The translations under genes and the position numbers were made by a program. The notes beneath the pieces were generated by a model, which worked only from the letters and a program-made list of their open reading frames with translations, had not been told where the DNA came from and did no database searches. Positions 8,478 through 17,102 of a stretch of 35,439 nt of DNA are shown in pieces. Where the stretch lies: the sequence record DRR723986_777. The stretch is one strand, 5' to 3'. The first letter of the stretch is position 1, and each line of letters begins with the position of its first letter.

Positions 8478-9017
8478 TCAGGTCTTCAGGCCGGCCTTGT
8501 CCCGATAGACCTGCAGCAGCGCCAGCTGGTCGCGGGTCGGCAGGCCTTCAGCCTCGGACACCGCCACAAGCATGGCATCAAGATCGATAATTTCTTTTGG
8601 ACCGAGCACGGAAGATGACACGATCATCTGGCTCAGCTTGCGCATGGTCTCCGCCGGCGGCGGGGCTGAATTGGTGACCCAGGCCGCATGCGCCGTCAGG
8701 GCATCAGCCTCCTCCCGGCTGAATTCGAAATGATGCATGATTTCGTGATCAATCGCGGCGGTCTGGCTCTCCGTCAGCGGGCCTCCACGGGCGCGGGCCA
8801 CTTCCATCATCATGATGGCCGCCGCTTCCCGTGGGTCTTCGATCAGGCCCAGGCCGCCCCGCCCCGCCCTGTATTTGAACGCAAGTTTGCGTGGCATGTT
8901 GATCGCTGTTTGCGCCAGTTTGCCAGCCTCACGCAGGCCTTCCCGCGCCATGCGGATCCGCCACGACCAGACACCGATCGCCACCAGAATACCGAGCAGG
9001 AACAGAAGTACTTGCAT
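8478..9017 (-). CDS. Membrane-anchored hypothetical protein with TerB-like C-terminal domain
   Basis: N-terminal TM; AAAIMMMEVARARGGPLTESQ and LVAVSEAEG resemble TerB-like helical repeats. Confidence 0.6.
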   Translation of the reverse strand: MQVLLFLLGILVAIGVWSWRIRMAREGLREAGKLAQTAINMPRKLAFKYRAGRGGLGLIEDPREAAAIMMMEVARARGGPLTESQTAAIDHEIMHHFEFSREEADALTAHAAWVTNSAPPPAETMRKLSQMIVSSSVLGPKEIIDLDAMLVAVSEAEGLPTRDQLALLQVYRDKAGLKT

Positions 9018-9020
9018 CCG

Positions 9021-9049
9021 AAAACAGTAACGCGGCCCACTGGGCCGCG
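9021..9049 (-). terminator. Probable intrinsic terminator of the PQQ dehydrogenase gene
   Basis: CGCGGCCC-AGT-GGGCCGCG hairpin followed by TTACTGTTTT on the - strand. Confidence 0.55.
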
Positions 9050-9078
9050 CTACAGGATTCGTCGGATGGAAAGAGGCG

Positions 9079-11226
9079 TTATTCGCCTCCATCCTCCGCT
9101 GCGGTGGCCGCATGCGCCTGAGCAAGCACATAGGCGCGGATCGCTTCGACATCGTCTTCGCTCAGATACTCCGCAAACGAGACCATGCCGTTTGCCGAAT
9201 AGTGCCCTTCCAGCACGATGCCTTTCCAGGCTTCAGGGTCAGCCGAGATGGCCGACCAACGCAGGTCTGGCAGCACTCCGGAGCTGACGGCCAGCGGGCC
9301 ATGGCAGACAGCACAGTTGCGGGAGAAGTCGACGACGCCTTCCGCCAGCTGAGCTTCGGTTCCGAACGGTTCGGCTTTCGGCGTGCGGTCAATCGGCGTG
9401 AGGTCTGCATCGGCAATCTCACCGGTACCACCCAGTTTGAAAGTCACCACTTTGCCAACGGTCGACGGCACCTTGTCATCATAGGCGAAGCCTGCGGCCA
9501 AGGCGAACGCGCTGCCCCAGCCCGTTGCGATGGTCACAAACTGTTCGCCATCGATCATGTAGGTGCCCGGCCCGGCGCCAGCGCCGGACTTCACATTGTA
9601 GTCCCACAGCACATCTCCGGTGGCAGCATCATAAGCAACGAAGTGGCCGTTCAGCTTGCCCTGGAAGACCAAGCCGCCAGCCGTCGACAGCACGCCGCCA
9701 TTCCAGGCATTGTCATGCTCCACGGTCCAGCGCGGCGCGCGGGCCACGGGATCCCAGGCGATGAGGCGGCCCTTCAGGGTCGAACGCAGGAACTTGGCCA
9801 CTTCCGGCGGCGCAATCGGCGGCACGCCGGCGGCGAAGTCCGCACCTGTATTCCACGCAGTGTCCTTGGAGAAGAAAAGCGGGTCTTCCGCATAGGCCTG
9901 CGGAATTTCCTGCGCCGGAATATAGGCCAGCGCCAGGTCCGGGTTATAGGCCATCGGATGCCAGTTGTGCGCGCCCAGCGGGCCCGGCAGCTGCTGGTAG
10001 GGCTCTTTGCCATAACGTGCCGCAGCGATCTCGATCGGGCGGCCGTTCTCGTCGAGCCCCGTCGCCCAGTTCATCGGACCGAAGGCATCGCCTGAAATGA
10101 ACTCGCCGGTTGCCGCATCGATCACATAGAAGAAGCCGTTCTTCGGAGCCTGCATGGCGACACGGCGCGAAGCCCCGTTCTCGCCAAGCGGCAAATCCGC
10201 CAGAATGATGGTCTGCGTGGCGGTGTAGTCCCAGTTGTCGCCCGGCGTCGTCTGGAAGTGCCACTTGTACTCGCCGGTATCCGCATCGACCGCGACGATG
10301 GAGGACAGGAACAGGTTGTCCCCGCCCGACGGGTCACGGAATGTCCGGTTCCACGGAGAGCCATTGCCGACGCCGAAGATGATCTGGTCATTCACTTCGT
10401 CATAGACGATCGAATCCCAGACGGTGCCGCCACCGCCATCGGTGACCCACGCGCCTTCGTCACCCCAGGTCGCATTGCCGACCTGTTCGAAGGCTGCATC
10501 AGACGCTTCACCGTCTGGCTGTTTTTGCGGGTTTGGCACTGTGTAGAAGCGCCAGATCTTGTCGCCTGTCTCCGCATCATAAGCGGAGATGTATCCGCGC
10601 ACGCCGAGTTCCGCGCCGCCATTCCCGATCAGCACCTTGCCGTTCACAACGCGCGGGGCGCCCGTGATCGTGTAGGGCTTCGATTGGTCGACGGTCACCT
10701 TTTCCCAGACGAGATCGCCCGTCTTCGCATCCAGCGCCTGAAGCCGGCCATCGATGACACCGACATAGATCTTGCCATCATAAACAGCGACGCCGCGGTT
10801 CACGACGTCACAGCAGGCGTTGGCGCCGACCGCGCGGTCGACATCCGGATCATGTTCCCAGAGCAGCTCGCCCGTCTTTGCGTCGAGCGCATACACGACG
10901 GACCAGGCCGAGGTGACGAACATCACCCCATCGACAACGATCGGCGTGACTTCCACGCCCCGGTTGGTCGCGAGGTCGAACGTCCAGGCGACGCCGAGCT
11001 GGTCGACATTGTCCCTATTGACCGCGTCCAGCGAGGAATGGCGCTGCTCATCATAGGTCCCACCATAGGTGAGCCATTCTGCACCGGCCGAGGCCGTTTC
11101 GATGCGCGCCGTATCGACGGCAGCGAACCCTTTTTCCTCTGGCGGAGGCGGGGTGTCCTTCGGCCCGCATGCGGCCAGCAGCGCCAGCGCTGAACCAGCC
11201 AGTAGAATACGACTCCAAACAGCCAT
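9079..11226 (-). CDS. PQQ-dependent quinohemoprotein (type II) alcohol dehydrogenase, lipoprotein
   Basis: ACCDVVNRG vicinal Cys, PQQ beta-propeller repeats, DNWDYT, GAHNWHPM, C-terminal CAVCHG heme site; LAAC lipobox; GAGGGGAGG SD before ATG 11226. Confidence 0.95.
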   Translation of the reverse strand: MAVWSRILLAGSALALLAACGPKDTPPPPEEKGFAAVDTARIETASAGAEWLTYGGTYDEQRHSSLDAVNRDNVDQLGVAWTFDLATNRGVEVTPIVVDGVMFVTSAWSVVYALDAKTGELLWEHDPDVDRAVGANACCDVVNRGVAVYDGKIYVGVIDGRLQALDAKTGDLVWEKVTVDQSKPYTITGAPRVVNGKVLIGNGGAELGVRGYISAYDAETGDKIWRFYTVPNPQKQPDGEASDAAFEQVGNATWGDEGAWVTDGGGGTVWDSIVYDEVNDQIIFGVGNGSPWNRTFRDPSGGDNLFLSSIVAVDADTGEYKWHFQTTPGDNWDYTATQTIILADLPLGENGASRRVAMQAPKNGFFYVIDAATGEFISGDAFGPMNWATGLDENGRPIEIAAARYGKEPYQQLPGPLGAHNWHPMAYNPDLALAYIPAQEIPQAYAEDPLFFSKDTAWNTGADFAAGVPPIAPPEVAKFLRSTLKGRLIAWDPVARAPRWTVEHDNAWNGGVLSTAGGLVFQGKLNGHFVAYDAATGDVLWDYNVKSGAGAGPGTYMIDGEQFVTIATGWGSAFALAAGFAYDDKVPSTVGKVVTFKLGGTGEIADADLTPIDRTPKAEPFGTEAQLAEGVVDFSRNCAVCHGPLAVSSGVLPDLRWSAISADPEAWKGIVLEGHYSANGMVSFAEYLSEDDVEAIRAYVLAQAHAATAAEDGGE

Positions 11227-11345
11227 GTCGGTGTTCCTCCCCTCGACATATTTCGCACGCGGTCTTCGAGCCGCTCTGTTGCCCGCAATGCTAGTCCTTC
11301 GAATGCGTTTGTCGAGGCATAACCCGGCGGCACGCCGGGGCCGCT

Positions 11346-12245
11346 TCAGGCCGGAATTGCAGACGTGCTGCCGGTCCGGCTTGAGAGATCGGCCTGCGCA
11401 GCATCGATGGCCGCTTCGACGCGAACCCGCCAATCCGGCAGATTGGCAGCATTTTCGGAACCTGCCGGGAAATTCACCGAACGGGACGCGCTGACCACGC
11501 CGCCCTCAAGCCGGTTGCCGGTCCACGTAAAGCCGGCCAGGGCTTCATCTGCGTCCGCGCCTTGCGCGCCATAGCCCGGCACGAGGAACAGAGATGTCGG
11601 GGCGATCTTGCGGATGGCCCGTGCTTCGTCAGGTCCCGTTGCTCCGGTCACCATCATCAGGCCGGACCAGCCAGACTGGCCGAGCAGGCGCTCTGCAAGC
11701 GGGGCCAGCGCCTCACCGACGCGCGCGTAGAGCGGCGCGCCCTCGAGATTGCGGGACTGAAAGTCTGCCGAGCCGGGATTGGAAGTGCGTACCAGCACGA
11801 TCACGCCCTTCCCGTTCGCCTCGCCCTCACGGACATAGGGCTCCAGCGTATCCAGCCCCATATAGGGGTTCACGGTCAGGGCGTCGGAATGAAACGGCGC
11901 GTCCTTGCCAAGATAGGCGGCAGCGTAACCTTCCGCCGTCGAGCCGATGTCGCCGCGCTTTGCGTCCATCAGCACGATCAGGCCGGCCTCTTTTGCGGCG
12001 CGGGCAATGGTCTGCAGCGCTTTCATGCCTTCCGGGCCGTGACGTTCGAACAGGGCAACCTGCGGCTTGATACAGGCGACCCGGCCTTCACAGGCGCCGA
12101 TCATGGCAAGGCCCCAGGCTGCCAGCCCTTCAGATGTATCCCCGCCGAACAGTGCCGGGATCCGGCCGGCATGCGGGTCGATGCCGACGCAAAGCGGCCC
12201 ATGCCGGCGGGTGGCATCGATCAGGCGGTCGGCAAAGCAGGTCAT
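11346..12245 (-). CDS. pyrF: Orotidine-5'-phosphate decarboxylase (subfamily 2)
   Basis: LCVGIDP, IKPQVALFE, DAKRGDIGST, VNPYMG, VRTSNPG, LVPGYGAQG. Confidence 0.96.
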   Translation of the reverse strand: MTCFADRLIDATRRHGPLCVGIDPHAGRIPALFGGDTSEGLAAWGLAMIGACEGRVACIKPQVALFERHGPEGMKALQTIARAAKEAGLIVLMDAKRGDIGSTAEGYAAAYLGKDAPFHSDALTVNPYMGLDTLEPYVREGEANGKGVIVLVRTSNPGSADFQSRNLEGAPLYARVGEALAPLAERLLGQSGWSGLMMVTGATGPDEARAIRKIAPTSLFLVPGYGAQGADADEALAGFTWTGNRLEGGVVSASRSVNFPAGSENAANLPDWRVRVEAAIDAAQADLSSRTGSTSAIPA

Positions 12246-13063
12246 GGCTTTACCTTGCAGGCAACCTTGACCACTTGCAACAGACGCCGGGCATTGTCGG
12301 ATCGCGGCCCGTAAGTCGCTTCATCGAACGCTTCCGCCGGACCGTTTTCAGGGCTGACATTCAGGCGCGTCAGGAAGGCTTCGACCGAGGCTGGCGCGGT
12401 GGTGTAGATCCGCCCGCGGCGCGGACTTTCCGCCACGATGACACCGCGAACACGCCCCTGCGCATCGAATACCGGGCCACCCGAGATCCCGCCCAGCGTG
12501 CCATCGAGGCCGCGGGTCCGGCCGAATTCCGCCCAGGCCAGGATCGGTTCGGAGTTTTCCCGCCGCCCGCGCGTGATCAGGTTGGACCGCGACATCAGTC
12601 TTGTCGCGACCTCGCCGGGCCGCCCCTGCGGGTAGCCAACATGATAACCTTCACTGCCGATGCGCAGCGGCGTCGCAAGATCAAGCTCAACCGGATTTGG
12701 GCTGCGGCCCGTGGAAATCAGCGCAAGATCGTGATCCGGATCGAGGGTAACTGACTCCACCGGCACATACTGACCCGGCGCGACGAGCAGGCCGACGGAA
12801 TCGCACCCATCGACCACATGCCGGGCCGTAATCCACTGGCCCTTCCGGTTGACGGCGAACGCCGTGCCGATGCCGTCTTTCGGCGCATCGACCTGAATCA
12901 GGATCTGCTCATCAAATGGAGAGGGCGGCGGCAAGGTCGGGCCGTCCGCCTCAAGGACGGTGGGCGGCGCCTCAGGCGCGTCAGCATGATCGCCCTGCGC
13001 AAACAGGACGAAAACGACCAACCCGAGCGCGGTAACATAAAGCAGCCAATCGAACTTGCGCAC
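12242..13063 (-). CDS. Trypsin-like (S1) serine protease with N-terminal anchor
   Basis: GTAF, TARHVV (His), DLALI (Asp), GISGGP (Ser); GTG start; ATGA overlap with pyrF. Confidence 0.9.
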   Translation of the reverse strand: MRKFDWLLYVTALGLVVFVLFAQGDHADAPEAPPTVLEADGPTLPPPSPFDEQILIQVDAPKDGIGTAFAVNRKGQWITARHVVDGCDSVGLLVAPGQYVPVESVTLDPDHDLALISTGRSPNPVELDLATPLRIGSEGYHVGYPQGRPGEVATRLMSRSNLITRGRRENSEPILAWAEFGRTRGLDGTLGGISGGPVFDAQGRVRGVIVAESPRRGRIYTTAPASVEAFLTRLNVSPENGPAEAFDEATYGPRSDNARRLLQVVKVACKVKP

Positions 13064-13084
13064 CGGCCCTATCTGCTCCTCAGA

Positions 13085-13516
13085 TCAAAATCTCTGCAAC
13101 GCAGGATCCCACAATCCTGCGGCAAGAATGAGGGCAGATGCCAGCTTTGCGGAAACGAGCACCGCGGCAGCGCCTATTTCGTCCTGTTCGATCCGTTTGG
13201 GCAGGCCGCCCAGCAGGAGATCCACCAGCCGGTAGACGATCAGCTGCAGCAACAGCGCCACCAGGCCCCAGATGGCAAAATCGATCAGGGTGATGCTAGA
13301 CGCGAGCGCCGAAGACATCGGCAAAGCCAGACCCGCGATCGCGCCACCGAGGGCGATTCCCGCTGCGGCGTTACCGCGCCGGACCTCAGCAAACTCCTTC
13401 CAGGGCGTCAGCAGAACATAAATTGTGCTCGACACGACCAGCATCACACCAGCACTGGCCGTCCAGATCAGGAATCTTGGAAACGCCTCGACAAATGCAC
13501 CGATTTCTCCGCCCAT
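13085..13516 (-). CDS. DUF350-family membrane protein
   Basis: YVLLTPWKE...VRRGNAAAGIALGG...IWG pattern; ATG 13516, since the longer ORF start is antisense to bdhA. Confidence 0.85.
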   Translation of the reverse strand: MGGEIGAFVEAFPRFLIWTASAGVMLVVSSTIYVLLTPWKEFAEVRRGNAAAGIALGGAIAGLALPMSSALASSITLIDFAIWGLVALLLQLIVYRLVDLLLGGLPKRIEQDEIGAAAVLVSAKLASALILAAGLWDPALQRF

Positions 13517-13609
13517 GAATCCTGATAATCCTGTGTGATTATAGTGGTGACCCGGCGGGGGCCCGGCCCTATTCCTAACATGGCACTTCCGCCGCTCAAG
13601 GAGACCATC

Positions 13610-14392
13610 ATGCTGAAAGGTAAAACAGCCCTTATCACGGGCTCCACGAGCGGCATTGGAAAAGCCATTGCGACGCGGCTGGCGGCCGAGGGCTGCAATA
13701 TCGTGCTCAACGGTTTCGGCGATTCCGGAGAGATTGACGCGCTGAAACGGTCGCTCGCCGCAGAACACTCGGTCATGGTTGGCTATTCGAGTGCCGACCT
13801 GACGCGAATTCCGGCCATCGAGAACATGATGGCTTATGTGCAGAGCGAATTCGGCGGCGCCGATATTCTCGTCAACAATGCGGGGATGCAGCATGTTTCA
13901 CCGATTGAGGACTTCCCGGTCGACAAGTGGAACCTGATCATCGCGCTGAACCTGTCTGCTGCCTTCCACACGATCCGTCTGGCCATGCCGGGCATGAAGG
14001 AAAAGGGCTGGGGCCGGATCATCCAGACGGCGTCGGCCCATGCGCTTGTCGCCTCGCCCTACAAGGCCGCCTATGTGGCAGCAAAGCACGGGATCGCAGG
14101 CCTGACCAAGACAGTTGCGCTGGAAGGTGCCACTCATGGCGTCCGCTGCAATGCGATCTGCCCGGGCTATGTCCACACCCCGCTGGTCGACGCACAGATC
14201 ACCGACACGGCCAAGGCCCGCGGCATCACCGAGGATGAAGTCGTGAAGAATGTGATCCTTGCCGCCCAGCCGACCAAGGAATTCGTCACCGCCGAGCAGA
14301 TCGGCGAGATGGCGGCATTCCTCTGCTCACCTGCAGCCAGTCAGATCAACGGGGCCCTGCTGCCGGTCGATGGCGGCTGGACGGCCCAGTAA
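13610..14392 (+). CDS. bdhA: D-3-hydroxybutyrate dehydrogenase (SDR)
   Basis: TGSTSGIG, NNAGMQHV, SAHALVASPYKAAYVAAKHG, CPGYVHTPLV; AAGGAG SD. Confidence 0.92.
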   Translation: MLKGKTALITGSTSGIGKAIATRLAAEGCNIVLNGFGDSGEIDALKRSLAAEHSVMVGYSSADLTRIPAIENMMAYVQSEFGGADILVNNAGMQHVSPIEDFPVDKWNLIIALNLSAAFHTIRLAMPGMKEKGWGRIIQTASAHALVASPYKAAYVAAKHGIAGLTKTVALEGATHGVRCNAICPGYVHTPLVDAQITDTAKARGITEDEVVKNVILAAQPTKEFVTAEQIGEMAAFLCSPAASQINGALLPVDGGWTAQ

Positions 14393-14409
14393 ACGGGCCG
14401 CCCGCCCAC

Positions 14410-15021
14410 CTATTCCAGCAGTTCGGTGAGGCAAGTGGCGATCGTCTCGTCCGTGTCTTCATGGGTGAAGAAGGTTTTCAGTTTCCAGTCTTCATCCATC
14501 AGGTACAGCAGAGACGTGTGATCCATCGAGTATTCGCTCTGGCTGCCCGGCTGCTCGATCCGTGAGTAATCCGCCAGGAAGGCATCCGCTGCCGCGCGGA
14601 CGTCTTCCGGCGTGCCGGTCAGTCCCTGAAGATTATCCGGGAAAGCATTGGTCGACACATATTGCGCCAGCTGCTCCGGCGTATCCCGCTCCGGATCGAT
14701 GGAAATCAGCAGGGTCTGCGGCGGGCTGACATCTTCCGGCAGCCGGTCGTAAGCCCGCTTGAGGGTCACCAGAGTCATCGGACAGACATCCGGACAATAG
14801 GTGAACCCGAAATAGATCAGCGTCGGGTGACCCTTATAGGTCTCTTCCGTGACAGGCTCTCCGTCCTGGTTCACCAGCGAGATCGGTCCGCCAATGTTCG
14901 GATAGGCGCGTGACATACAGCCTCCGGCCGACCCGCCGGCAGAGGGTTCAGCAGGTTTTGCGGGGCCACAGGCGGCGAGCAACCCGGCCAGCAAGGCCGC
15001 GGACATACGAAGTCTGATCAT
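14410..15021 (-). CDS. senC: SCO1/SenC copper-chaperone lipoprotein
   Basis: FGFTYCPDVCP (CxxxC), DPERDT, MDHTS; LAAC lipobox; adjacent to regBA. Confidence 0.9.
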   Translation of the reverse strand: MIRLRMSAALLAGLLAACGPAKPAEPSAGGSAGGCMSRAYPNIGGPISLVNQDGEPVTEETYKGHPTLIYFGFTYCPDVCPMTLVTLKRAYDRLPEDVSPPQTLLISIDPERDTPEQLAQYVSTNAFPDNLQGLTGTPEDVRAAADAFLADYSRIEQPGSQSEYSMDHTSLLYLMDEDWKLKTFFTHEDTDETIATCLTELLE

Positions 15022-15059
15022 GACCTTCCTCTAGGACGTGGACCCGCCGCTTGGCGAGG

Positions 15060-15074
15060 GCGTCACGCTGCCGC
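15060..15074. promoter_or_regulatory. Candidate RegA/RegR-type site GCGTC-N5-GCCGC between senC and regB
   Basis: Fits GCGNC-N5-GNCGC; short and GC-rich, so weak. Confidence 0.35.
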
Positions 15075-15085
15075 ATAAGACACAA

Positions 15086-16471
15086 ATGAGTGATCTGTCC
15101 CGACAAGACGTGAACCGCGCCGACCGGCTCGGCTTCGATGATGCGATCTTTACCCTCGCCCCGGAAGGGCTTGGGTCGGCCCAGTCGGCCCTCGGACGGA
15201 CGCGTTTGCGCACCTTCATCACGCTGCGCTGGCTGGCCGTCGCCGGGCAGACCGCTGCCGTGCTCTTCGTGGCCTTCGTGCTGCACTTCGACCTGCCGCT
15301 CGCGGCCTGCCTGGCCATCATTGCGGCTTCGGCCTGGCTGAACGTGTTCCTGTCATTCGCTTTTCAGAGCCAGCGCCTGACGCGCGGCTGGGAAGCCTCG
15401 TTGCAACTGGCCTTCGATACGGTGCAGCTCGCCGCCCTTGTGGCGGTGACGGGCGGCCTGTCGAACCCCTTCCTTCTCCTGCTGGTCGCGCCTGTAACGG
15501 TGGCAGCGCTCAGCCTGTCCCCCACGCGGGCCGTACTGATCGCCCTTCTGGCGCTGACTCTTGCGGCGATCATGCCCCTGATCTCGCTGCCCCTGCCCTG
15601 GATCAATGGCGCAATGGTGGAGCTGCCGCCGCTGTTTCACCTCGGCCAGTTTGCTGCGCTTGCCGTCGGCGTGGTGTTCTTCGCGGTCTCCGCCGGACGC
15701 GTCAGCCAGGACGAGGCCAAGCTGGTGCGCGCGCTTGATGCGGCCAGCATCGTGATGGCGCGGGAACAGAAACTCTCCGCCATCGGTGCAATGTCCGCCA
15801 TGACGACGCACGAGCTCGGCACGCCGCTCGCCACCATTCACCTCGTCGCCAAGGAATTGCTGACCGAGACCCCGCAAGATGATCCGAAATATGAAGACCT
15901 GACTCTACTGGCGGAGCAGGCCGACCGGTGCCGCAACATTCTGGCGACCATCCGCGAGGCACGCGAAGCCACCGACATCGTGCATGCCCGGGTCACGCTG
16001 GATGCGCTGGTTGCAGAAGCCGCTGCGCCCTTCAAAGGCCTGGGCGTCGCGGTGGAAGTCGTTGTCCGTCCCAGCGAAGACGAAGCAGACTCTCGTCCGC
16101 CCATCCTGAACCGGAGCCCCGAAATCCTCCACGCCATCAGCGCCTTCGTGGAGAACGCCGTGAGCTTCGCCGATTCCCGGGTGACCGCGCAGGCCAGCTG
16201 GACCGCTGACCAGATCATGATCTCGATCAGTGATGACGGACCCGGTTTTTCGCAGGAAGTGCTGCCGAAGCTGGGAGAGCCCTATGTCTCTGAGCGAAGC
16301 GAGGCACATCTCGGCGGCGGAGACATGGGGCTTGGCTTCTTTATTGCAAAAACCCTGATCGAAAGAACCGGCGGCAGGATTGCCACCAGGAACCGCACAC
16401 CACCCCGGACGGGCGCCATCGTTCAGGCCCTCTGGCCGCGTGCAGCTCTTGAAGCATCCGCGTTGGATTAA
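15086..16471 (+). CDS. regB: Redox sensor histidine kinase RegB/PrrB/ActS
   Basis: LRWLAVAGQ, GGLSNPF quinone motif, HELGTPL H-box, redox Cys in QADRCR, DDGPGF; start may be GTG 15038. Confidence 0.93.
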   Translation: MSDLSRQDVNRADRLGFDDAIFTLAPEGLGSAQSALGRTRLRTFITLRWLAVAGQTAAVLFVAFVLHFDLPLAACLAIIAASAWLNVFLSFAFQSQRLTRGWEASLQLAFDTVQLAALVAVTGGLSNPFLLLLVAPVTVAALSLSPTRAVLIALLALTLAAIMPLISLPLPWINGAMVELPPLFHLGQFAALAVGVVFFAVSAGRVSQDEAKLVRALDAASIVMAREQKLSAIGAMSAMTTHELGTPLATIHLVAKELLTETPQDDPKYEDLTLLAEQADRCRNILATIREAREATDIVHARVTLDALVAEAAAPFKGLGVAVEVVVRPSEDEADSRPPILNRSPEILHAISAFVENAVSFADSRVTAQASWTADQIMISISDDGPGFSQEVLPKLGEPYVSERSEAHLGGGDMGLGFFIAKTLIERTGGRIATRNRTPPRTGAIVQALWPRAALEASALD

Positions 16472-16519
16472 TTGATTTGGAAGTCCTATAAAAGAATCAG
16501 GTAGCTAGGGAAGCTGAGC

Positions 16520-17092
16520 ATGGAACGGCCAGTAAATATTAATCTTCATGAGAGCCTGGAGGGCGTCGAAGACCGCTCCTGTCTCGTAATGGACGATGAT
16601 GGCCCGTTCGTTCAGCGTCTGGCCCGGGCCCTCGCGCAGCGCGGATTCATTGTATCTGCTGTAACGAATGTTGCGGAAGGCAAGGATATCGCCCGCCTGA
16701 ATCCGCCGGCATTTGCCGTTCTCGACCTGCGCCTGGAAGACGGCAGCGGCCTGGACGTTGTGGAAGTGCTGCAGAAGAGCCGCCCGGAAGCGCGCGCCGT
16801 CATTCTGACGGGCTATGGCGCCATCGCAACAGCCGTCGCGGCAGTGAAGGCAGGCGCCGTGGACTACCTCTCAAAACCGGCTGACGTGGAAGACATCATC
16901 CGTGCGCTCACGGCCACCTCTGACGAGAAGCCTGCCCCGCCGGAAAATCCGATGTCGGCTGACCGGGTCCGCTGGGAACACATCCAGCGCGTCTATGAGC
17001 TGTGCAATCACAATGTCTCTGAAACGGCCCGCCGTCTGAACATGCACCGGCGCACACTGCAGCGAATTCTCGCCAAGCGCGCGCCGCGCTGA
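16520..17092 (+). CDS. regA: Response regulator RegA/PrrA/ActR
   Basis: PMSADRVRWEHIQRVYELC.HNVSETARRLNMHRRTLQRILAKRAPR signature. Confidence 0.97.
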   Translation: MERPVNINLHESLEGVEDRSCLVMDDDGPFVQRLARALAQRGFIVSAVTNVAEGKDIARLNPPAFAVLDLRLEDGSGLDVVEVLQKSRPEARAVILTGYGAIATAVAAVKAGAVDYLSKPADVEDIIRALTATSDEKPAPPENPMSADRVRWEHIQRVYELCNHNVSETARRLNMHRRTLQRILAKRAPR

Positions 17093-17102
17093 CTTTCTCC
17101 TT

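Noticed and set aside
13517-13894. N-terminal extension of the DUF350 ORF
   Set aside because: Antisense to bdhA; the family-like sequence starts at ATG 13516
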